A DNA stretch of 64,000 bases, from contig CBDCKW010000009.1 in NCBI GenBank assembly GCA_965218435.1, positions 2,528,001-2,592,000 on the forward strand, given 5' to 3'. This DNA is from Truepera sp. (GTDB taxonomy: Bacteria; Deinococcota; Deinococci; Deinococcales; Trueperaceae). Positions 56,200-64,000 of this stretch are shown here, one piece after another. The notes beneath the pieces are model-generated. The model was not told the origin of the DNA. It worked only from the letters and a program-made list of their open reading frames with translations, and did not search any database. Every line of letters starts with the position of its first letter. Position 1 is the stretch's first letter. The translations under genes were made by a program, and so were the position numbers.

Positions 56200-57210
56200 T
56201 TAGCTCTTGACATGTTCACCATACTGCGTTTTGAAATACGCGGCCTGCTCCGCCTTGCCACCTTGCCACCAGTCGGGGTGCGCCCGGTACCAAGAAATCG
56301 TTTTGGCGATACCCTCGGCGAAGGTCATACTCGGTTGCCACTCGAGGTCGCGCTGCGCTTTAGCGATGTCTAAAGCGTAACGGTAGTCGTGACCGGGACG
56401 GTCTTTGACGTAGGTCAGCAACGCTTTGGGTTTAGCTAATGTATTCAAAATGGTTTCAGCTACGCTCAGACCGTCGGTTTGATTTTGCCCGCCCAAGTTG
56501 TACGCCTCACCACTCTGACCCTTTAAGAGCGCCTGATGAATCCCACGTGCGTGGTCGTCTACAAAGATGTAATCCCGGATCGCCTTACCCGAGCCGTAAA
56601 CGGGCAGCGGTTTGTCTTCTAACGCGTTCGTGATAAAAAGCGGGATGATCTTTTCAGGAAACTGATAGGGGCCGTAGTTGTTCGAGCCCCGCGTCGTCAC
56701 CACGTCCATATCGTAGGTGGTGGCGTAGGCTTGCACCAACAGGTCGCCTCCGGCTTTCGAGGCGCTGTACGGGCTCCGGGGTCTAAACGCATCGTCTTCA
56801 GTGCTCAGCCCGGTCATCACCTCGCCGTAAACCTCGTCGGTTGAAACCTGTAAAAAACGGATGTTATGAGACCTAGCAGCCTCGAGCAGCACCCGCACAC
56901 CCTCCACATTGGTGCGCGTAAACGGCGCGGCGTCTTGAATCGAGCGGTCTACATGCGTTTCGGCGGCAAAGTTGAGCACCGCGTCACAGCCTTGCACGGC
57001 TTTGTTTACGGCGTCCGGGTCGGCGATGTCGCCCCGGATAAAGGTGTAACGTGGGTCATGTTGGAAGTCTTTAAGGGTCGCAGGGTTGGCAGCGTAGGTC
57101 ATCAAGTCTAAGTTGACGACCTCTAAGTCGGTCTCGGTTAAGATAATGCGGATGTACGACGAGCCGATAAAGCCGAGCCCACCCGTCACTAACAGCTTTT
57201 GGTAATTCAT
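56200..57210 (-). CDS. rmlB: dTDP-glucose 4,6-dehydratase
   Basis: VTGGLGFIGS, AAETHVDRSI, STDEVYG, YSASK, DRPGHDYRY; start ATG 57210. Confidence 0.95.
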   Translation of the reverse strand: MNYQKLLVTGGLGFIGSSYIRIILTETDLEVVNLDLMTYAANPATLKDFQHDPRYTFIRGDIADPDAVNKAVQGCDAVLNFAAETHVDRSIQDAAPFTRTNVEGVRVLLEAARSHNIRFLQVSTDEVYGEVMTGLSTEDDAFRPRSPYSASKAGGDLLVQAYATTYDMDVVTTRGSNNYGPYQFPEKIIPLFITNALEDKPLPVYGSGKAIRDYIFVDDHARGIHQALLKGQSGEAYNLGGQNQTDGLSVAETILNTLAKPKALLTYVKDRPGHDYRYALDIAKAQRDLEWQPSMTFAEGIAKTISWYRAHPDWWQGGKAEQAAYFKTQYGEHVKS

Positions 57211-57743
57211 CCTCTGTCCTCCGCCCACAAATCCGCACCAAAAAAGTCCCACGGTAAACGGCCCTCGTTAGGCTTATCTAAACTAAACTGCTGGTTCATT
57301 GCGTAAAAGAGCAGCGCCCCGGACGGTCCCGCCTGATACCCGTGCGCGACGCCTGCCGGAATATAAAGTTGCGCCGGTTCTTCGCCGGACAAGATCACCG
57401 CTCGCCGGTTGCCTTCAGTCGGTGACCCGGCGCGGAGGTCGGCGAGCCAGACTTTGAGCTGCCCCTCGATGACTGTCCAGAGTTCATTTTGCGGTTCGTT
57501 CGGATGAATGTGAAACGCGTTGATCCGCCCCGGTTCGGCGTGGGACACGCTCAGCTGCCGCAGCTCAAACGGGTCAGGCAGGTTTTCCACCCCGCCACTC
57601 GTGACGCGGGCGTATTCCATAAAAAAGCCGTTGTCGCTCCGGCGCTTTTGCAACTTGTTGAGCCACACACCCTCGAGTTCAGGCGCAGACGAATAATCTT
57701 GAAAGGTGAGGGCTTGAGCAGCCATTTCTGAAAGTTGAGTCAT
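57207..57743 (-). CDS. rmlC: dTDP-4-dehydrorhamnose 3,5-epimerase family
   Basis: DNGFFME, AFHIH, DLRAGSPT, LYIPAGVAHGY. Confidence 0.88.
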   Translation of the reverse strand: MTQLSEMAAQALTFQDYSSAPELEGVWLNKLQKRRSDNGFFMEYARVTSGGVENLPDPFELRQLSVSHAEPGRINAFHIHPNEPQNELWTVIEGQLKVWLADLRAGSPTEGNRRAVILSGEEPAQLYIPAGVAHGYQAGPSGALLFYAMNQQFSLDKPNEGRLPWDFFGADLWAEDRG

Positions 57744-58465
57744 AGGGAATCCTTTGCAGCGAGTTGGAGCCGGAGGCCCTGCCAGCGGCCCGTAGCTAAA
57801 CTGATATCGTCGGGTAGGTCAACCCCCGCAGCGGCTTTCGAGCCGGGTTCGACCGTATCACTGCGCCGCCGCGCCAAGTCAAACACGCTTTTGCGCTCCG
57901 TGGCGATATGCAGCGTAGCAAACGGTATCGCGTCCAGGTGGCGAATTGCCAGGGCAATTTCGGGCGCGATGATGTCTACATAATCCTGACTCGTATACAC
58001 GTCTGCAAACGCGGTTTTGTAGGGCCATTCGCGGGGGCGAAAACTCGTGCGGATGATGAGGTGGCGCGGCGCAACGCGGGCGACTTCCTCAGCGACGAGT
58101 TTAGAGAGGGCGTAGTAGTTTCTCACCGGGCCGACCGGCGCGTCTTCGGTATACGCGCCGGTGTCGCCGTAAAAGACGTAATCGGTCGAGATGTGGACGA
58201 GCGGTACGTCACCCAAAGCTCTCACCAGGTTTCTTGTACCCTCGACATTGACGGCCCAACACCGCGTCCGGTCGGTCTCGGCTCCTCTGACGTCGGTATA
58301 AGCCGCAGCGTGAACGACGGTGGTCGGGCGGTATTTTGCCAGTGCCGCCGTAATGCTTTCAGGTTGAGTAAGCTCGAGTTCACTGCTCGGGGGTGCTGCA
58401 ACATTGGGTAAAAGCCCCTGCAACTCTATTCCCAGCCGTCCACTGCCGCCGGTCAGTAAGATCAC
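57740..58465 (-). CDS. rmlD: dTDP-4-dehydrorhamnose reductase
   Basis: GTG 58465 overlaps the rmlA stop; [29 protein letters not shown]. Confidence 0.9.
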   Translation of the reverse strand: MILLTGGSGRLGIELQGLLPNVAAPPSSELELTQPESITAALAKYRPTTVVHAAAYTDVRGAETDRTRCWAVNVEGTRNLVRALGDVPLVHISTDYVFYGDTGAYTEDAPVGPVRNYYALSKLVAEEVARVAPRHLIIRTSFRPREWPYKTAFADVYTSQDYVDIIAPEIALAIRHLDAIPFATLHIATERKSVFDLARRRSDTVEPGSKAAAGVDLPDDISLATGRWQGLRLQLAAKDSL

Positions 58466-59349
58466 GGGTGACCTCGGCCTTGGATAAGCTCGAGCAGATA
58501 CTGCCCGTACCCGGTTTTGGCCATCGGTTCGGCGAGTGCCCTCACTTCGTCCGCGCTGATCCAGCCTTTGCGGTAGGCGACCTCTTCTAAACACGCGACC
58601 TTGAGCCCTTGGCGCGCCTCGATGGTTTCAACGAAGTTGCACGCTTGCAAGAGAGACTCGTGCGTCCCGGTGTCGAGCCACGCCATCCCGCGTCCAAGCA
58701 GTTCGACGCGTAATTCACCCCGCTTTAAGTAGGCGTTGTTTACATCAGTAATCTCCAGCTCACCGCGCGGCGAGGGGGTGAGCCCAGCAGCGAGGTCTAG
58801 GGCTTGGTTATCGTAAAAGTAAAGCCCGGTCAGCGCGTAGTTCGATTTGGGTTCGGTGGGTTTTTCCTCCAAACTTACCGCCCGCCCCTCGGCGTCAAAC
58901 TCGATGACGCCGTAACGCTCCGGGTCACGCACGTAGTAGCCGAAGACCGTCGCGCCACCAGAGGTTTCGACACTTTCGGCAGCCCGTAACAGCTGCTGCG
59001 AAAAGCTCTGACCAAAAAAAATGTTGTCGCCCAAGACCAGACAAACGGTATCGTCTCCGACGAACTCGCGCCCAATCGTCAGGGCCTGCGCCAAGCCTTT
59101 GGGCTGGGCTTGCTCGGCGTACGAAAAGCTCACCCCCCACTGCGAACCGTCGCCCAAGAGCCGCTGAAAGCTCGGCAGATCGAAGGGCGTGGTGATAACT
59201 AAAATCTCGCGGATGTCGGCGAGCAGCAACACTGAAATCGGGTAGTACACCATCGGTTTGTCAAAGACCGGGATAAGCTGTTTGCTGACGCCCCGCGTCG
59301 CGGGGTAGAGGCGCGTCCCTGAGCCCCCGGCCAGGATAATGCCTTTCAT
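58462..59349 (-). CDS. rmlA: Glucose-1-phosphate thymidylyltransferase
   Basis: [38 protein letters not shown]. Confidence 0.96.
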   Translation of the reverse strand: MKGIILAGGSGTRLYPATRGVSKQLIPVFDKPMVYYPISVLLLADIREILVITTPFDLPSFQRLLGDGSQWGVSFSYAEQAQPKGLAQALTIGREFVGDDTVCLVLGDNIFFGQSFSQQLLRAAESVETSGGATVFGYYVRDPERYGVIEFDAEGRAVSLEEKPTEPKSNYALTGLYFYDNQALDLAAGLTPSPRGELEITDVNNAYLKRGELRVELLGRGMAWLDTGTHESLLQACNFVETIEARQGLKVACLEEVAYRKGWISADEVRALAEPMAKTGYGQYLLELIQGRGHP

Positions 59350-59900
59350 GCGTTTACCTTATCATCCGGCAGTTCCGTGCCCGCTCCGGTTTTGTCGTGC
59401 CTTTGCTTTGAGCGGCCAAAGCGCCACGCCGCCGCGAGAAAAAACACCCCACCGAGAAAGAACCACGGGTCCCAGAGGACGAGGTGCCACTTCGCCGCAG
59501 CTGAACGCATCGAAGCGGGCGTCCCCAACATTCCAAGCGCCATCAGCCCCCGCACGGCCAGGTTAGCCCCGCCGTAAAGTGTCAAAACGAGGCCGATACC
59601 CCAGGCAGCAGTTTGCCGAAGCCAGACCGGAACCCGTCTCCCCCACCGCTGGACGAGTGAGAGCGCGACAAACCCTGCGACGAGCTTGAGAAGTCCAGTC
59701 AGCCAGACGACCGCTAAAAACCAGGGGTTGGCAGTGAGTCCTACAATTTGCGGCGACTGGGTACGGACCAAAAAACTACCGCCCAGTGCCCAATAAAAAC
59801 TTAACGAGGCAAAAACGAACGCCCAAACCGCAGCAGCATAGGCTGACCATACGAGGAACGGCGAACGACCTGCCTGTACCTGATTCACGTCAAGTCCCAC
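59346..59900 (-). CDS. DUF3995-like membrane protein
   Basis: SFYWALGG near the N-terminus; [10 protein letters not shown] near the C-terminus; 4 TM. Confidence 0.7.
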   Translation of the reverse strand: MGLDVNQVQAGRSPFLVWSAYAAAVWAFVFASLSFYWALGGSFLVRTQSPQIVGLTANPWFLAVVWLTGLLKLVAGFVALSLVQRWGRRVPVWLRQTAAWGIGLVLTLYGGANLAVRGLMALGMLGTPASMRSAAAKWHLVLWDPWFFLGGVFFLAAAWRFGRSKQRHDKTGAGTELPDDKVNA

Positions 59901-59903
59901 ACA

Positions 59904-62900
59904 CTAACGTGCTCCTTGCCGCGCTACGACCACGGTCACCGTTTTAACCAGGAGCACGATATCCCACCAGAGCGACCAGTTGCGGACATACTGCGACTCC
60001 ATCTCGAGCCGTTCCCCAAAGGTCACGTTGCTGCGGCCGGTGACCTGCCAAAACCCGGTCATCCCCGGTTTGGCCTCTAAAATCACGTCTTGGAGTCCGC
60101 GCATATCCGGAAGTTCTTGCACCAGATACGGGCGTGGCCCGACGAGGCTCATCTCGCCCTTAACGACGTTAAAAAGTTGGGTCAGTTCGTCCAAGCTATA
60201 TTTGCGAATGAGCGAGCCTGCGCGGGTAATACGGGGATCGTTTTCCAACTTGTGAAAGCGTTCGTACTCGAGCCTCACCGCCGGGTCGTCACGGAGCATC
60301 GCCTGCAGGCGTTCGTCGGCGTCGGTATACATGCTGCGAAACTTGAGGCACTTAAAGGGTTTACCCTTTTGCCCAATTCGGGTGCTCCAGTAAAACGACG
60401 AGCCGGGGCTGTCGAGCCGCACCCATAACGCGAGGGCGAGCAAAACCGGTGAAATGAGGAGGCCGCCCAAGACGCCGCCGGTCAAATCAACGGTACGTTT
60501 GACAACCTGGTTGAACCGGGAGTAGAGACCGAGGCGGACCTCGAGCGCAAGCATTCCGTCCAGATCGCTGGCAAACACGCCCTGCGAGGGCAGATTAACT
60601 AGATCAGGAATAAACTGCACCCGCCGGAAGATACGGCCACGGGTATTGATCAGGCCCCCCAAGAGCTGCGGCGTGGCAGTCGGAATCGCCACAATTGCGT
60701 GCTGCACACTGCGCCGAATAGCGTACAGATCGGCGTCGGCGAGTTTGCCGCGAACTCTCAGACCCTCGATGATCTGACCCTGTTTGGCCGCGTCGTCATC
60801 GAAAAAAGCGACTGGGTGCAGCCCGTCTAACGGACTTTTGTTAAGCGCCCGTGCGACCCGCGCCCCAGCTTGCCCCGCGCCTAAAATGACGACCGCGCGC
60901 CCCCAGAGCCGCAGGCGGTGTAACAGCCGTTTCATCACGGCGCGCCCGAGCGGGGTTAGCACCATACTCAAAAAGATAGTCAAGAGCAAAATCGAGCGGG
61001 GGATGGTCAGCTCGCGGTTGAAAAGGACGGTGCCGACCGCTAAGATAAGCCCCGCATAACCAGCACTGACGATCTGTTTGCTGAGTTCTTGAGGTTCGGT
61101 CAGGCCGTAACCAGGGTAAAGCCCTTCACGCCACGCCATCGCAGGCCACAAGAGGAGCGCGTAGCGGGTGAGCTCGAGCGGTGAGGTCTGCGGATTGATC
61201 GGGGTAAGGCCGAACCAACCCGTGCTCCACTGTCTAAGCCAAATGGCTAGGTTAAACGCCAACAGTACCATCACAAAGTCAGCGAGCAGCAGCGCGACCC
61301 GGACGCCGAGCTGCCGCATCCCGCTGTCACGTTCACCCGCGCGGGTGTCGCGGTAGGCGGCGGCTCGCCACCCCGCGACGGCGGCCAGCGGATAGAGAAT
61401 CTGGCCGGAAAAGAGCGTCACATCGAAGATATTGGCCGCTAACAGGGCGCTCAGCACCGCGACAAAGGCAGCGTCGCCCTTTTGTACCGCAACTTGGCCC
61501 AGCGCCACGACGAAAAGGAGCAACCCGGCAAACCCGAACAGCCCCCGCTCGAACAAAATCTGTAATGGGAGCGAACGGGCGTGGGTGGGAGCTTCGCCGT
61601 CGGGCCAGCGGGCACGAAAAAAGTCGGCGAAGTCGCCCGCTTGTCCCCAGAGTGGCGAGGCGACGAATCCGGCCCAGGCGGTCTGCCAGAGGGTGATCCG
61701 GGTGCGCTGCAAGCTGAGGCCCTGCGCTACCGCACCGGGCGTATAGGGCGTGGGCGAGAGGCCCTGCTCGAGCTGCAACCCCGCAAACGCCGCTTCTGAA
61801 CCTGACCTGACGCGGCGGTCGGGCGCAAACCCGAGCCAGCCGCCGAGCCGCGGGGCGCTCCCTTCATAGACGAACGTGACATAAACGCGGTGCCAGAGTC
61901 CACGGGTTTCTAACATACCGGCGTCGAGGACCCGGCCCGGTCCGGTAACAGCCGCCTGCCAACCGGTTTTCCGCTGGTCGGTGGCAGCGGCTGCGGGCCT
62001 AGCCGTTGCCGTAGCGGGCGGAGTTAATGTACCCTGCATTAAAAACGTGTCACTCCCATTAGGAGTTTGGGCGCGGACCAAGACGCCGGGCTCGAGCCGC
62101 CGATTGTCAGCCCAAAGCCAAAGACTGACCGTGTAGGGTTCGCCGCGCGTCAGGGTGATCACCTGTTGCAACCGGGCGTTCGCGCCGGGTTCAACTTTGC
62201 GGATCAGGTAACCTGTGAGCGAAGCTTGACTAAAGGTAAGCGGGGTGTCCTCAACCGCTACCCCGACGGCGTTCCACCAGTCACCGGGCACGACTTCAGT
62301 GCCTTGTAAGAGGTTTTTATCTTCGACCGCAGCCGGGGCCACGTCGATTAAAAAACCGGCGTTTCCCCAGCCAAAGAGCGGCCCTAAAAGCGCCACGCCG
62401 ACCAAAATCATCACGCTAAACGCACCCGTTACGAGGCGTCTACGGGGAACTCTGGGCGTCCGGGGAGTTCGCGCCGGCCCGACGACCGTCAGGGCCGCCG
62501 CGACGATCATCCAGGAGATCGCCGCTTCGCGGCTGCCGGAAACGAGCACGCCGAGCGCCGCGAGCGTCAAGCTCAGGAGTTGCCAGCGCAGCTGCGGCAA
62601 GAGCACCGCGACCAGCGCCCCCAGCGTTAAGACCATATGACCAAACAGGCTTCCCTGCGGCTGCGCGTGAAGCGGTTCGCGCCCGAACTGCTCACGCCAG
62701 AACGCCAAGTCGGGGGTCAAGCCGCCCAGCGAACGGTACAAGCCGAGCGCAACGATCAGGGCCAGACCGGTCAAGAGGCCGAGCCCGATCCACGAGGACT
62801 CGAGCTGAACTTGGAAGCCGTGAATCTGCGAACTGCGAATCTGCGAACTGCGAATCTGCGAGCTGCGAATCTGCGAGCTGTGGACCTGCGAGCTGTGGAC

Positions 62901-63176
62901 CTGGGAACCGTGCAATTTGGCAAACGCCCGGTAAAGGAGCCACGGCGCGAGCACCTGCAAAACGCCGAAAACGAAGCCGCCCAGCCCCCGGTGGACGCCG
63001 AGGGGCAGCGCGAGTAACAGCGCCGCGCCCCACCAGAGCAGGTCGGAGCGGCGCAGCGCCCAACGCCCCGTTATCAGGGTTAACAGAGCGACGAAAGGAC
63101 CATAGGCGGGTAAAAAGGCAAAGCCCAACCCCAAGATAAACGTCAGCCCTTTAGTGACGGGAGTTGGAAGGGTCAT
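59904..63176 (-). CDS. Fusion: O-antigen-ligase-like membrane domain with an inserted beta-rich (CBM-like) domain + WbaP-type undecaprenyl-phosphate phosphoglycosyltransferase
   Basis: [37 protein letters not shown]; insert [34 protein letters not shown]-terminal [43 protein letters not shown]. Confidence 0.9.
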   Translation of the reverse strand: MTLPTPVTKGLTFILGLGFAFLPAYGPFVALLTLITGRWALRRSDLLWWGAALLLALPLGVHRGLGGFVFGVLQVLAPWLLYRAFAKLHGSQVHSSQVHSSQIRSSQIRSSQIRSSQIHGFQVQLESSWIGLGLLTGLALIVALGLYRSLGGLTPDLAFWREQFGREPLHAQPQGSLFGHMVLTLGALVAVLLPQLRWQLLSLTLAALGVLVSGSREAAISWMIVAAALTVVGPARTPRTPRVPRRRLVTGAFSVMILVGVALLGPLFGWGNAGFLIDVAPAAVEDKNLLQGTEVVPGDWWNAVGVAVEDTPLTFSQASLTGYLIRKVEPGANARLQQVITLTRGEPYTVSLWLWADNRRLEPGVLVRAQTPNGSDTFLMQGTLTPPATATARPAAAATDQRKTGWQAAVTGPGRVLDAGMLETRGLWHRVYVTFVYEGSAPRLGGWLGFAPDRRVRSGSEAAFAGLQLEQGLSPTPYTPGAVAQGLSLQRTRITLWQTAWAGFVASPLWGQAGDFADFFRARWPDGEAPTHARSLPLQILFERGLFGFAGLLLFVVALGQVAVQKGDAAFVAVLSALLAANIFDVTLFSGQILYPLAAVAGWRAAAYRDTRAGERDSGMRQLGVRVALLLADFVMVLLAFNLAIWLRQWSTGWFGLTPINPQTSPLELTRYALLLWPAMAWREGLYPGYGLTEPQELSKQIVSAGYAGLILAVGTVLFNRELTIPRSILLLTIFLSMVLTPLGRAVMKRLLHRLRLWGRAVVILGAGQAGARVARALNKSPLDGLHPVAFFDDDAAKQGQIIEGLRVRGKLADADLYAIRRSVQHAIVAIPTATPQLLGGLINTRGRIFRRVQFIPDLVNLPSQGVFASDLDGMLALEVRLGLYSRFNQVVKRTVDLTGGVLGGLLISPVLLALALWVRLDSPGSSFYWSTRIGQKGKPFKCLKFRSMYTDADERLQAMLRDDPAVRLEYERFHKLENDPRITRAGSLIRKYSLDELTQLFNVVKGEMSLVGPRPYLVQELPDMRGLQDVILEAKPGMTGFWQVTGRSNVTFGERLEMESQYVRNWSLWWDIVLLVKTVTVVVARQGAR
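62806..62910 (-). repeat. In-frame 15-bp tandem repeat, 6-7 copies ([10 protein letters not shown])
   Basis: Plus-strand units CGAATCTGCGA[A/G]CTG / TGGACCTGCGAGCTG. Confidence 0.92.
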
Positions 63177-64000
63177 TCGGGAGGGACCTGCCGAGCGTTC
63201 ACCCCTCTATTATGCTCGCCCGCACTTGCAACATGATGAATTGGCGCTTTAGCGGCGGTTACCGCGTGGGGCGCAGCGGGTTGAGCTGGCCCAAACACGG
63301 GTTGAGGTGCTGCTGGTAGTCGCTGAGAGGCTCTATGTGAAGTCCAAACGCCCAACGTCAAAAAAAGGGGGAACAAGACGCCCGCGTAAAAGAGCGTCGT
63401 GTCAAAGACGTTCATTAAGAGCACGCCGACCACGAGCGCCAGCGCCTTCGCGCCGCCCGCACGCCACACCAGATAACCTAAACCGACGGTTAAAACCGTG
63501 ATGGACAAAAGTCCTAAGACGCCGTAGCTCGAGGCAAACTCGAGCCACACATTGTGCGCGTGCTGCACCGCTTCGCCGCCGTGCGTTTCAGCCCAGTAGC
63601 GGGGAAAGCCGCCCGCCCCGAGACCCCGCAGTGGGTGCGTCACAAACGCCGCCCCCGCCTCTCGCCAGATGTCGCTGCGGGCCGTCACCTCGCCCAGACT
63701 AAAAAGCCGTAACGCCGAGAGTTTCGGCCATAAGACGCCCAGTAGCCCGAGACCGGCGAGTCCCAGCGCGACGAACCCGAGCCGCCGCGCTCCCTGCGGT
63801 AAACGCAACCAGACAAGCCACACCAGACCGCCGCTGAGTCCGATCAGCGCGGCGCGGCTACCGGTCAAGATCAGCCCGAAAAGGGTCAAGGCGACTAGGA
63901 CGCCCAAGAGCAGCGGCGACTGGATACTTAACAACCGGGCGCTGGGTGACCGGATATTAGACGACTGGGTATTAGACGACCGGATATTGGGTGATCGGGT
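63173..64000 (-). CDS. O-antigen ligase (Wzy_C) family protein, 5' end outside the window
   Basis: LTGSRAA, RSDIWREA, HPLRGLGAGGF, HAHNVWLE..YGVLG; frame open to base 64000. Confidence 0.9.
   Translation of the reverse strand, partial: TRSPNIRSSNTQSSNIRSPSARLLSIQSPLLLGVLVALTLFGLILTGSRAALIGLSGGLVWLVWLRLPQGARRLGFVALGLAGLGLLGVLWPKLSALRLFSLGEVTARSDIWREAGAAFVTHPLRGLGAGGFPRYWAETHGGEAVQHAHNVWLEFASSYGVLGLLSITVLTVGLGYLVWRAGGAKALALVVGVLLMNVFDTTLFYAGVLFPLFLTLGVWTSHRASQRLPAAPQPVFGPAQPAAPHAVTAAKAPIHHVASAGEHNRGVNARQVPPE
63948..64000 (-). repeat. In-frame 15-bp tandem repeat, at least 3.5 copies (SSNIR/SSNTQ/SPNIR)
   Basis: GACCGGATATTAGAC GACTGGGTATTAGAC GACCGGATATTGGGT GATCGGGT. Confidence 0.85.

Noticed and set aside
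62806..62910. Repeat array as a possible CRISPR
   Set aside because: Contiguous 15-bp units with no spacers, in frame within a CDS, and no cas genes.

Overview
A GC-rich (roughly 60%, estimated by eye) bacterial chromosomal window, most likely Deinococcota (Truepera-like). That placement is inferred from gene content and from pervasive leaderless TAnnnT-N5-7-start promoters. Bases 1-9444 hold a ROK-regulated operon of four CBM32-bearing lipoproteins: a GH55, a GH128, an uncharacterised DUF1996 protein and a clan GH-A (GH158-like) protein that runs off the left edge. Together they look like a surface beta-1,3-glucan degradation system, with a palindromic operator lying on the -35 box. The middle is mostly housekeeping and transport: trxB, mazG, Nudix, 2-phosphoglycerate kinase, prmC, lspA, large NAD-GDH, hemW, a sugar ABC transporter, rpmB and ftsK. 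It is interrupted by small foreign-looking inserts: two integron-cassette-like genes with att-site remnants (VOC, RidA), a hicB-hicA pair, fused pseudogene fragments, and a low-GC Mrr-type nuclease whose N-terminus resembles a serine-recombinase DNA-binding motif. The right end is a surface-glycan cluster with rmlADCB, a cis-prenyltransferase, and a 1090-aa O-antigen-ligase/beta-rich-domain/WbaP fusion next to a second ligase; both ligase genes carry 15-bp tandem repeats. Two window-wide patterns stand out: CTCGAG is strongly over-represented, and short tandem micro-duplications are common. No rRNA, tRNA, CRISPR array, transposase or integrase was recognised. All family calls come from motif recognition, not database searches.
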